A stretch of 64,000 nt of DNA from a bacterium (GTDB lineage Bacteria; Bacteroidota; Ignavibacteria; Kapaibacteriales; UBA2268): assembly GCA_037127915.1 (NCBI GenBank), contig JBAXXL010000011.1:17480-81479 (forward strand), read 5' to 3'. Position 1 is the first letter of the stretch. Each line of letters starts with the position of its first letter. The notes below the pieces were generated by a model. That model saw only the letters and a list, made by a program, of their open reading frames with translations, did no database searches and was not told the origin of the DNA. The position numbers and the translations under genes are program-made. Positions 1 to 9,900 of this stretch are shown piece by piece.

Positions 1-729
1 ACTTCTTCTGATTTTGGAAATACTTGGAATCAAATTAATAATGGAATCACCGATATACATCTTATGACATTAGATGTAAAGGAGGATATGCTTTGTGCCG
101 CAACTTTTAAGGGTGCAGTATTTTTATCGAAGGATAGAGGAAAAAATTGGCAACAGATTAGAAAATACAATGCTAATCACTATATATCGGATGTTTTAAT
201 TATTGAGAATGCCATATTAATTGCTACTAGTGGTAATGGAAATGAATTAATTGGAGATGGTGTAAAAATATATGGCATTAACAAATCCGAATGGTTTGAT
301 ATTAAGAACGGATTTTATGATAATATGAGTGTACAATGTTTAGATAGATTAGGAAACTATGTTTTTGCCGGAACAGCCAATCACAGCGTTTATAAAGCAA
401 ATATCAGCGATTTTGATTATGTGGGAGTTAATGATGAACCATTAATCAGCAATTCTATCATAGCTTCTCCCGCTTATCCTCTGCCATCAAAGCAAATTGT
501 AAACACCATAATTAATTGGAACTCTGAATTTGATGTCGCGAATGCCGATATGAATGTTTATAACAGCTTGGGCGAGAAAGTCTGTGGGAAAGAGAACATT
601 AGTTTCCAACAGCAAAGCCCAAACAGCGGCATTGTAACTTGGGATGCGGAAGACAATCATTCGGGAGTTTATTTCCTGCATATCACGTTGGGTAATGAGA
701 AAAAAGTGATTAGTTTTGTAATAGAGTAA
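1..729 (+). CDS. BNR/Asp-box (Ycf48/sortilin-like) repeat protein, 5'-truncated by the window edge, with T9SS C-terminal sorting domain
   Basis: Frame 1 is open from nt 1 (TSSDFGNTWNQINNG...). SxDxGxTW-type Asp-boxes are present (SSDFGNTW, SKDRGKNW). The tail ...GVYFLHITLGNEKKVISFVIE resembles a T9SS CTD. It is a paralog of 32232..34274. Confidence 0.7.
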   Translation, partial: TSSDFGNTWNQINNGITDIHLMTLDVKEDMLCAATFKGAVFLSKDRGKNWQQIRKYNANHYISDVLIIENAILIATSGNGNELIGDGVKIYGINKSEWFDIKNGFYDNMSVQCLDRLGNYVFAGTANHSVYKANISDFDYVGVNDEPLISNSIIASPAYPLPSKQIVNTIINWNSEFDVANADMNVYNSLGEKVCGKENISFQQQSPNSGIVTWDAEDNHSGVYFLHITLGNEKKVISFVIE

Positions 730-744
730 GTGTTTTTGAGGCTT

Positions 745-785
745 AACCTTCCGAAGGTTTGAAACCTTCGGAAGGTTTTATTATT
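745..785 (+). terminator. Rho-independent terminator hairpin between convergent genes
   Basis: Perfect inverted repeat aaccttccgaaggttt / aaaccttcggaaggtt (745-760 / 762-777), followed by tttattatttc. The core is shared with 19664..19691. Confidence 0.6.
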
Positions 786-786
786 T

Positions 787-1950
787 CTACCCCAAAAATT
801 CCTCTTCTAGTGCTCGGCAAAGCTTCTCATAATCTTCCAGTTCATTATAAGCTTGAGCTGAAATTCTGAAACGCAGTTGATTATCAAAATTAACAAACAT
901 TATTTCAATTTTATACTTATCCATAAACATTTTCTATAAGCTAAAAGTATCGGGATTTACCTTATTAAATTTTTCCGGTAAATCGCAAGTCAAAATTGTT
1001 CCTATCATTTCGTTTGGAGCTGTTGGCATTGTGTTCAGCGTTTTATATATTAATTCTCCACCGGCTAAAACTAAATTATGGTTGTGTTGGCGCAATTCAG
1101 AATCGCCAAGACTTTTGTAAAATTCCAAAGCAGTCGGAACTGTAAGCCAAGGAACTACATTTTTTGTTGCTGTCCAAGCAAATTCCATTTGGAAACCTTG
1201 CCCATAAAAATTCGAAATTGTCAATGGATGAATTTTCTCCTGCATCGATTTTGATACGTACAAAATTGCGCACCCTTTTTGAGTATAGAGCCATTTGTGG
1301 CAATTCCCTACAAAGAAGTCGCAACCAAATGAACTGATATCCAAATCCAACATACCGGGTGCGTGTGCGCCATCTATTAGGCTTATCACTCCATTTTCTC
1401 TGCATTGCTCACACAATTCCTTGATTGGGAAAATCAATCCTGTGGCGGATGTTATATGGTCAAAAACCGCAATCTTTATTCCCGAAGTAATTTCCTTTTT
1501 CACAGCCGATATTATTTCCTCTTTCGATCGAATAGGAAACGGAATATCTACTCTAACCAATTCCACTTCAAATTTTTTACATAGATAATCTAAGGTATTA
1601 TCTACTCCTGTATAGATATGATTCGTAACTAAGATTTTATCTCCGGCTCTTAAATCGAACATCAACGAGCGTAGAACAGTTGCAACACCTGTGGTTGCAT
1701 TTTCCACAAATACCAAATCCTCATTTGGAACATTCACAAAATCAGCTATTTGCTGTTTCGATTCCTGCAAAATATTGGGGTACTCTTCCATAAAAAAGCC
1801 CATTGTGTGGCTTTCAATTTTTCTTTCAATTTCTATTGCTTTGTCTAAAACACAGCGAGCCGCCGCACCAAATGAACCGTGGTTTAAGTAAGTAAACTCC
1901 GGCGACATAAACCAATTTCCAATTAATTTTTTTCCGTATTTCATATACAT
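787..1950 (-). pseudogene. Class-V PLP aminotransferase (isopenicillin-N epimerase / cysteine desulfurase-like) interrupted by one in-frame TAG at 934..936
   Basis: The 338-aa ORF carries the GNCHKW PLP-lysine context. The same frame continues after the TAG as KMFMDKYKIEIMFVNFDNQLRFRISAQAYNELEDYEKLCRALEEEFLG* (stop at 787..789), which is the typical family C-terminus. Confidence 0.6.
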
Positions 1951-1951
1951 A

Positions 1952-2875
1952 TTATTTATTTGTGAAACATTTTATTATTTTTTGAGCCATTTCGGTGGGT
2001 GTACCGCTCAAATGCACCATATTTTCATATCGCTTAAACCAAGTTGTTTGGCGTTTGGCATATCGCCGTGTATTTTTCTTCATTTCCTCGATTGCTGTTG
2101 ATTTGCTCATATCCCCTTTTAAATATGCTATACATTCTTTGTAACCAACAGTATTAAGTGAATTCAACGTCGGAGGAAATCCCATATCAAGAACTCGTTG
2201 AGTTTCCTCAACCAATCCTGATTCCCACATTATCTCGCTTCTGTAGTTAATTCTATCGTATAGTTTTTCGCGCTCGTGAGCTATATCGAAGAAATAGGGT
2301 TCAATATTCCGGTTGGTCAATGTTCTATGCGCTGTGGATAATGGTGTTTTGTGGATTTCGAAGTATTCCAAAGCTCGGATTATACGCATAGGATTGCGAT
2401 CTGCATACTTTTGAGCACTTACAGGATCAACTTCCATTAATTCCTCATATAGTTTGTCTTTGCCGAAATCAATCAATCTTTGATTTAACTTTTCTCGAAT
2501 ACCGAAGCGATTATCGTTCGCATTCGAATCATCTTCGCAAAGTCCAAAGCATAATGAATCAATATAGAGCCCGCTCCCGCCAACAACCAATGGAATAGCG
2601 TTTCGAGCATATATTTCGGATATAATTCGTTCAGCATCGTCGCCAAATACACCTGCACTGTAATATTCATCCGGTTCGAGAAAGTCTATCAAATGATGTT
2701 TCACCGCTGATAATTCTTCTTTATTCGGCTTAGCTGTTCCGATATCAAGATATTTAAATACCTGCCGCGAATCGGCGGATATTATCTCCACACTCATTAG
2801 ATTCGCTAATTCCAACGACACTTCGGTTTTTCCCGAAGCTGTTGGTCCCCCGATAACAATTACTTTTTTATTCAT
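1952..2875 (-). CDS. miaA: tRNA dimethylallyltransferase
   Basis: N-terminal P-loop VIGGPTASGKT, DIGTAKP, and overall length and layout of MiaA (307 aa). Confidence 0.9.
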   Translation of the reverse strand: MNKKVIVIGGPTASGKTEVSLELANLMSVEIISADSRQVFKYLDIGTAKPNKEELSAVKHHLIDFLEPDEYYSAGVFGDDAERIISEIYARNAIPLVVGGSGLYIDSLCFGLCEDDSNANDNRFGIREKLNQRLIDFGKDKLYEELMEVDPVSAQKYADRNPMRIIRALEYFEIHKTPLSTAHRTLTNRNIEPYFFDIAHEREKLYDRINYRSEIMWESGLVEETQRVLDMGFPPTLNSLNTVGYKECIAYLKGDMSKSTAIEEMKKNTRRYAKRQTTWFKRYENMVHLSGTPTEMAQKIIKCFTNK

Positions 2876-3521
2876 TTTTATTACTTATTAAAGGCACAAA
2901 TCGAAATTGGTCCTTCTTTATTATAATTACATTTCCCAATTCATCTTTTTTTACTACTTGCATAACTTGTCCATCAGATCCGCCCACAGGTATCACCATA
3001 ATTCCAGAGTACGCTAATTGTTCAATAAGCATATATGGTATCTCTTTTGCGGCGGCGGTTACAATAATTCTGTCAAAAGGAGCAAACTCCGCCCAACCTT
3101 TCGTACCGTCACCTTTCAAAGTTTTTGGTGCAATTTCCAATTGTTTAAATCTCTTTTTAGCGATATCCATTAATTCATGAATCCGCTCTATTGTATAGAT
3201 GTTTTTTGCTAAATTATATAAGATTGCAGTTTGATAACCGCTTCCTGTTCCAATTTCCAAAATTTTATTTTCCGGCTGTATATCCAATAAAGTGGTCATA
3301 TATGCGACTGTAAAAGGCTGTGAAATAGTTTGTTCATAACCTATCGGCAATGCTCTGTCATCGTAGGAACTCTCCTCTAACTCTTTGGGAACAAATAGTT
3401 CGCGTGGTGTAACAGCAATCGCGCGGATTACCTTAGGGTCAATACCACGATTTTCAAAACTTATCAGTAAATTTTCTTTATTTATAAAATATTCTTGCAT
3501 ATACATTCCAATTATTGTCAA
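2868..3521 (-). CDS. pcm: Protein-L-isoaspartate O-methyltransferase
   Basis: TISQPFTVAYM plus the SAM motif EIGTGSGYQTA. Overlaps miaA by 8 nt. The true start may be Met6 or Met8 (3506 or 3500). Confidence 0.85.
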   Translation of the reverse strand: MTIIGMYMQEYFINKENLLISFENRGIDPKVIRAIAVTPRELFVPKELEESSYDDRALPIGYEQTISQPFTVAYMTTLLDIQPENKILEIGTGSGYQTAILYNLAKNIYTIERIHELMDIAKKRFKQLEIAPKTLKGDGTKGWAEFAPFDRIIVTAAAKEIPYMLIEQLAYSGIMVIPVGGSDGQVMQVVKKDELGNVIIIKKDQFRFVPLISNKNE

Positions 3522-3622
3522 AATTACAATAAATCCGATAAATGATAAAAGTTTTTTAAAGAAAGATATGAATAAAACATAGATTTTGGATTATTCTTCG
3601 CTATTATTCAATGTTTTTTTCA

Positions 3623-3643
3623 TAATTTTGTTAGTTAAATTTG
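3623..3643 (+). promoter_or_regulatory. Two candidate FCB-type -7 boxes (TAnnTTTG) upstream of the M2 peptidase gene
   Basis: taattttg (3623-3630) and taaatttg (3636-3643), 35-55 nt upstream of the ATG at 3678. Confidence 0.3.
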
Positions 3644-3677
3644 TAAAAATATTATTAATTATTATAAAAAGGTTTAC

Positions 3678-5399
3678 ATGAAAAAATTGGCTCTACTATT
3701 GATCTGCTTATCACTTCTGACAATCAGTTGTGAGAAAAAGAGTAATGCCCCGACAAACGAGGAAATAGCAAAAATGGAAAAAGAATTTAAAACTTACGCT
3801 ACAGCATTTGAAGACAAAGCGAAGGTAATGTACAAAGACGTCGCATTAGCTTATTTTACGGCATCCGTACAAAATACTCCTGAAAATTGGAAAAAATTGA
3901 CTGATTTACAGATGAAGATGAATGAACTTTATTCCGATAAAGCTACATTTAAGAAAGTACTGGATTTTAGAACTTTCTTCGATAACAATGGCAAATCTTA
4001 CATGAAAGACTCTTTGCTTGCCCGCCAATTAGAAGTATTTTATCTTTCTTTAATTGGTAATCAAGTTGATACAGCAAAATTGAATGCTGTTTCACGCAAA
4101 CAAGCCGCAATTGAAACCAAATACGCAAATTTCAGAGCTAAAGCATTAGGCAAAGAACTTACAGATAATGATGTAGAAGATATTTTACAATCAAATAAGA
4201 ACTCCAAACAATTACAAGAAGTTTGGGAAGCACACAAATTAATCGGTCCTGTTGTAGCAGAAGATATTAAAGCATTAGTTAAAATGCGAAATGGCATTGC
4301 TAAAGAATTAGGTTACACAAACTACCATACAATGTCTTTGACACTTAGCGAACAAGATCCGCAAGACTTAGAAAAACTATTTGATGAATTGGATGTTTTA
4401 ACACGTGATGCCTATGCGAAAGTAAAATCAGAAATTGATATAGTTTTAGCTAAACAAAACAAAATCAAACCAGAAGAATTAATGCCTTGGCACTATCAAA
4501 ACCGTTATTTCCAAGAAGCTCCTAAAATATTTGATATTGATTTAGACAAATACTATGTAAAAAAAGATGTTGTTAAGTTGACAGACGAGTATTATACCGG
4601 CATTGGTTTCGATATTAAAAAGCTTATTGCTAATAGTGATTTATACGAAAAACCAGGCAAAAATCAACATGCTTATTGCATTGATATTGACCGCGAAGCT
4701 GGCGACATCCGCGTATTATGTAATGTTAAAAATAACACCAGCTGGATGGAGACTATGCTTCACGAATATGGTCATGCATCTTATTCATACTATCACGGAA
4801 AAGATTTACCTTGGTCATTGAAATCAGCAGCTCATACGTTCACAACAGAAGCCGTGGCTATGTTCTTCGGAAGACTTTCTACAAATCCAAATTGGATTCA
4901 AGCAATGACAGGTATTAAGGATAAAGAAAAAGAATCTATTAGAGCTACTTGCGCCAAACAAGAACAATACCGTCAATTGGTATTCAGCCGTTGGGTACAA
5001 GTTATGTATCGCTTTGAAAAATCAATGTATGCTAATCCTGATCAAGATCTTAATAAACTTTGGTGGGATTTAGTTGAAAAATATCAAATGTTAAAACGTC
5101 CGGCAAACCGCAATATGCCTGATTGGGCTACAAAAATACATATAGCTACCTCACCTTGTTATTATCACAACTATTTATTAGGTGAATTACTGGCTTCTCA
5201 AATTAACTTTACAATTATGAAAGAGATTGGTAGTCAAAATCCTGAAGCTGAATCATTCGTAGGTAATAAAAAGATTGGTAATTTCTTCATTTCAAAAGTA
5301 TTTGCTCCGGGAGCAAGATATAAATGGAACGATATGATTGAACGCGCAACCGGTGAAAAACTCACACCTAAATACTATGCAATGCAATATGTTAAGTAA
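3678..5399 (+). CDS. M2-family (ACE-like peptidyl-dipeptidase) zinc metallopeptidase, lipoprotein
   Basis: Lipobox LLTISC. The stretch HEYGHASYSYYHGKDLPWSLKSAAHTFTTEAVAMFFGRLSTNP aligns with ACE HHEMGH...[21 protein letters not shown]...LSVSTP. Confidence 0.65.
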   Translation: MKKLALLLICLSLLTISCEKKSNAPTNEEIAKMEKEFKTYATAFEDKAKVMYKDVALAYFTASVQNTPENWKKLTDLQMKMNELYSDKATFKKVLDFRTFFDNNGKSYMKDSLLARQLEVFYLSLIGNQVDTAKLNAVSRKQAAIETKYANFRAKALGKELTDNDVEDILQSNKNSKQLQEVWEAHKLIGPVVAEDIKALVKMRNGIAKELGYTNYHTMSLTLSEQDPQDLEKLFDELDVLTRDAYAKVKSEIDIVLAKQNKIKPEELMPWHYQNRYFQEAPKIFDIDLDKYYVKKDVVKLTDEYYTGIGFDIKKLIANSDLYEKPGKNQHAYCIDIDREAGDIRVLCNVKNNTSWMETMLHEYGHASYSYYHGKDLPWSLKSAAHTFTTEAVAMFFGRLSTNPNWIQAMTGIKDKEKESIRATCAKQEQYRQLVFSRWVQVMYRFEKSMYANPDQDLNKLWWDLVEKYQMLKRPANRNMPDWATKIHIATSPCYYHNYLLGELLASQINFTIMKEIGSQNPEAESFVGNKKIGNFFISKVFAPGARYKWNDMIERATGEKLTPKYYAMQYVK

Positions 5400-5419
5400 T
5401 AACTTAAAATAAAATAATT

Positions 5420-5456
5420 AAGCCTCTAATTCGATAGTAATTAGAGGCTTTTTTTA
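5420..5456 (+). terminator. Bidirectional rho-independent terminator (peptidase / gatB)
   Basis: 12-bp stem aagcctctaatt / aattagaggctt with a 7-nt loop, followed by ttttt. A-rich tract on the other side. Confidence 0.75.
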
Positions 5457-6899
5457 TAGTAAATACTTCATCAGCAATTCATTAATCATTTTTGGATTGG
5501 CTTTTCCTTCAGTTTCCTTCATCAGTTCACTAACAAAGAAGCTCATAATATGAGTGCGTCCCGATTTATATTTTTCAACCGAATCCCGATGGTCTGCAAG
5601 CACTATTTTTACAAGCTCTTCCAATATTTGAGTATCGAAATCTTGAGACAATCCTTTTTTGGCAATCACTTCTTTCGGTGGTATTCCTTTCGCTATTTCA
5701 GGAAAAATTGCCTTAGCAATGGTATTGGAAATATCATCATTAGCTACTAATTCAATCATTTGCGCCAAGTATTCAGGTTTGAGCACTAATTGAGAAGCCG
5801 ACAAATGATTATCAGACAAATAGCGCAGAACATCATTCATTACCCAATTGCTAACTAATTTGAATCTCTGTTCATCTTTTACTAATAAATAGCTACAGCA
5901 TTTTTCGTAATAATCCGCTAAATCTCTATCTTGAATAAATATTTCTGCATCATAAGCGGGAATATGATATTCATTCATTAATCTTGATTTCTTTTCCAGC
6001 GGCAATTCGGGAATCTCATTCCTTAATTCATCCAACCATTGAACTGGAATTTTTAAAGGTGGTAAGTCCGGTTCGGGAAAATATCGATAATCATTGACTT
6101 CTTCTTTGGAACGCATTACTCTCGTTATTTTTTGGTTTTCATCCCATAATCTGGTTTCTTGAATAATTTTTTCACCATTTTCGATTTGCTTGATTTGCCT
6201 TTCTACTTCATAATCGATGGCTTTTTCAATATTCCTGAAGCTGTTTAAATTCTTTATTTCGGTTTTTGTTCCAAGTTTAGTATCTCCTTTTAATCGGATT
6301 GAAACATTTACATCACAGCGTAAAGCTCCGTCTTCCATGATACCGGAGCAAATCCATAAATACATCAGTATTTGCCTGAATTGCATCAAATATTGATAAG
6401 CCTCTGAAGCTGATCGCAAATCCGGTTCACTCACGATTTCAATTAATGGTAGACCGGCGCGATTAAAATCTAGAAGAATATCACCACAATCGTCGTAAAT
6501 GGATTTACCGGTATCTTCTTCTATATGTATTCTTGTGATTCCAATTTTCTTCAAAGTACCGTCTTCGCGCTCGATATTTATATAACCATCATAACATATT
6601 GGGTCTTCGTATTGGGTGATTTGATAGCCTTTCGGCAAATCATGGTAAAAATAATTCTTCCGAGAAAATAAAGAAACTTCGCGGATTGTACAATTAGTAG
6701 CTAAACCCGCTTTTATAGCAAATTTCACCATTCTTTCGTTTATGGTTGGCAAAGTCCCGGGATGCCCCAAACTTGTGGGAGAAGTATTTGTATTCGGAAA
6801 ATCGCCGAAATTAGTAGAATCACTTGAAAAAGCTTTGCTTTTTGTCAATAATTGAGCGTGAATCTCAAGTCCTATTACAACTTCATAGTTATCATTCAT
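5454..6899 (-). CDS. gatB: Asp-tRNA(Asn)/Glu-tRNA(Gln) amidotransferase subunit B
   Basis: YEVVIGLEIHAQL..., NRAGLPLIEIVSEPD, and a C-terminal YqeY-like tail. 481 aa. Confidence 0.9.
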   Translation of the reverse strand: MNDNYEVVIGLEIHAQLLTKSKAFSSDSTNFGDFPNTNTSPTSLGHPGTLPTINERMVKFAIKAGLATNCTIREVSLFSRKNYFYHDLPKGYQITQYEDPICYDGYINIEREDGTLKKIGITRIHIEEDTGKSIYDDCGDILLDFNRAGLPLIEIVSEPDLRSASEAYQYLMQFRQILMYLWICSGIMEDGALRCDVNVSIRLKGDTKLGTKTEIKNLNSFRNIEKAIDYEVERQIKQIENGEKIIQETRLWDENQKITRVMRSKEEVNDYRYFPEPDLPPLKIPVQWLDELRNEIPELPLEKKSRLMNEYHIPAYDAEIFIQDRDLADYYEKCCSYLLVKDEQRFKLVSNWVMNDVLRYLSDNHLSASQLVLKPEYLAQMIELVANDDISNTIAKAIFPEIAKGIPPKEVIAKKGLSQDFDTQILEELVKIVLADHRDSVEKYKSGRTHIMSFFVSELMKETEGKANPKMINELLMKYLL

Positions 6900-6926
6900 A
6901 TTACAGACTTGTTAAAATTACAACTT

Positions 6927-9900
6927 CTATTCTATAATGACAAATTTTTTGTATTCTTCATACTGAACTTCGGCTGTTGTGTTTGTTCCATTAACTCTGT
7001 ATAAATAAATACCGGGATCGAGTATTTTTCCGTTTAAATCACGCAAATCCCATTCCACACCGCCATTTCCGTCATTTTCGGTCAAATTTGCAATAATTCG
7101 TCCATCCATAGTGATAATTTCAATTTCAGCGAACTTTGTTAAACCGCCAAAAATGGCTTTATTATCTACCGATAGTTTGATTGGCTGAGGATATACATAG
7201 GCATTGAAATTGCTTTTTTCAGAAAAAACAAACCCTAAGGTGGCACCTGGACCCACAGTCATTTTCTTACCGTTTTCCGAAACGATATTTTTTACGGTAA
7301 TTGTATAATTTACACCGCGAGCGCTATTATTCCTTAATTCATTAGATAATAAAAGCATAACAGACTTCTGATTCAAGGGACTCAATCCGGCTGATGTAAC
7401 AGAACCAAAGGGTTTTAGCTCATAATTATCCAAAATTTCGCAATCTTCCTTTACTAAATCATCCGAGAAGAAGACCTCAATTAAAGTTGGCTGTAATACA
7501 TTTAAATTTGTTAGAAATACTTCTTCTATTTCTGTGGTATTAGAAATGTTAAATAATGCAGAAAAACTTTCCGTTGGGGTGTCATATCTATCTTTGAAAT
7601 TTTCAACATTTACAATGTATTTTCCATCAGGAACGGTTGTATTAAACGATGCGATTAGGCTTGTATCGGAGTTTAGCAAAGCACTTTCAGCTAACTTAAT
7701 AAAATTACCTAATGAATCGCACAGGCTGATTTTGCCTGATTCAATGCTATTGTGCGGCAAAAACCCGTTAAAACCAATTACCAATTCCAAAGGTTTAGAA
7801 ATAACCTTTTCTATTATCATTTTATCAATAGGATGATAGAAACAGACTTCTCTTGGAACTGCAAAATCGCTCATATTTTCAGAATACGAATCGTTCATAG
7901 CGACAACTGTAAATACTGCGCAATCTGAATTAAGGTCTGTAGGTTTATGAACAATGATGCTATCATTATAAATTGGAACATTCCATATATCCACCTTATC
8001 ACCTCTAATTTCACCTACGTTATAATACTGAGCATCCGAAGATTGACCCCAATAGAGTAATGCAGTTGAATCGCTAAGCGTTACACTCATTAAATTCATT
8101 GGTGCGGCAGGCTTTTGTTTTGCTTCATTCATTTCATAAAACAAAGTTTTGTTAAAACCGCAAAATCCTATTTCATTTACGCCATTTCCATCTAAATCAG
8201 CCACTAAAGCTGTATTAGCAAGTACTGATGGGTAATGCCACACCGGCTCACACTTTTGAGTTTCTTTTTTAAAGTCAAAAACATAAAGATTTGGAAATAC
8301 AGAAACTATAATGTCATCTATTTTATCACCGCTTAAATCGCCCACAGAAATACCATTTCTGTAAGTTGCGTTTAAATTTCTTACTGTTCCTTGGCGAACA
8401 CCATAGAAATAATCTTTCCACTTTTCGGTATATTTTCCATTCTCCTTTTTTATTAACGAACAAATCCAAATTGGGTCGCCTTTTTCTCTTAAACCGTTTA
8501 ATTCTTGTGTACCAAATCTTAAATGAACTATCTCGTCAATTCCATCACCATCAAAATCACCTGCTTCAAGATCCTGACTGCTCATATCTTTAGATATCGT
8601 ATCGGAATATTCAAATACTAAACCATTATTTATTTCATAAACAAACAACATACCGTATTCGTTTGCGAATGCTAATTCTTTATTGGCATCTTCATCAAAA
8701 TTTCCTATCGCTGAGTTCACCCAAAGCGAAGTATTAACTCCTTCAGGCAATACTGTCTCGGATGTAACTATTTTTAGATCAGGGTCATATATGAAGAATT
8801 TTCTACTATCTGTTCCAATAATCTCATCTCTCCCATCACCATCAACATCTACCAGATGCTCACCCCAAAATGAAAATTCCGGATTAGATTCGAAAACAGG
8901 GTGGTCAAAAATAGTTGAACCATAAGTATTTTCGAATACTTTTGTAATTCCATAATTCACGCTTAGCATTTCGGTTTTGCCATTTCCATTAATATCACCG
9001 AAATCCTTTGGTATCCAAACTTGGTTATTGCTTGCTTCGAGTAATTCGAATTTGCCATCTCTCAAAGCATATAATTCCCCATTCCCGAACGCTAGCGAGT
9101 TTATATCATTACAAGCTACGATTTTTTCACCCGTTCCATATAAATCAGCTGTTTTGTTTATCAAATACAAACGTTTATTTATAGAATATTTATAGCTGAA
9201 TTTATCTTCATTGAAATTATCATCTTGAAGAGAAAAACTTATGTTTTGTCTAATCGTATCCACGTTATCGTAAGCAATGGCTTCTGCTTGATAGGTTTTA
9301 CCGCTAACCAATTCATCCATAAACATTATTTGGTGAATATTATCGAAGGTTAGGTAATCAGTTTTATTTTCGAAAATCTGGGAATCTGAAGATTTATATT
9401 TTAAAATAAAACTACATTTTTTATTAAAGGCTGAATTAATTAAAACCACTCTTCTGCCATTATAATATACATTCTTCTGATTGAGAGACAAAAATTTGAG
9501 TTGTTTTTCAGAAGATGTAATATTTATCTGCTTTCGGTGTTCTGTAGTTAAGCCATTTTTCAAATATACTTTAATAGCAATTGTAAACAACGTATCTTTT
9601 GTAATTTTTGTGGTTGAATCGTTTAATATTGTAGTATCTGCTAATTGTGAGAAATCAATAAATGCAATTTCCCCTTTAAGAATTTGCTTATTATCACCAC
9701 TAATTTTAACCCATTTATCAGGAATCTTTCCCGCGCCTGCCAAAACTTCGTAATAATCGAATAATGGGTGAATAACAGATCCTGTTACATCAATTCCGTT
9801 GATTGTGTCTCTATTATACACACTTTCATTTTGTGGTTCTGTAATTGTAATCAAAGGCTTACCGACATAATCCAAAGCCGCGGAACAATTTAAAATACCA

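Noticed and set aside
934-936. Possibility that TAG is reassigned (alternative genetic code or pyrrolysine)
   Set aside because: TAG terminates several well-supported genes in this window (27080..28009, 28020..28958, dnaE, 45947..46855, and giant genes B and D). No pyl genes are visible. A single-site nonsense mutation or an error is more parsimonious.
1097-1891. Several 66-102-aa ORFs overlapping the aminotransferase gene on both strands
   Set aside because: They lie nested inside or antisense to a gene with clear family similarity. They have no independent support.
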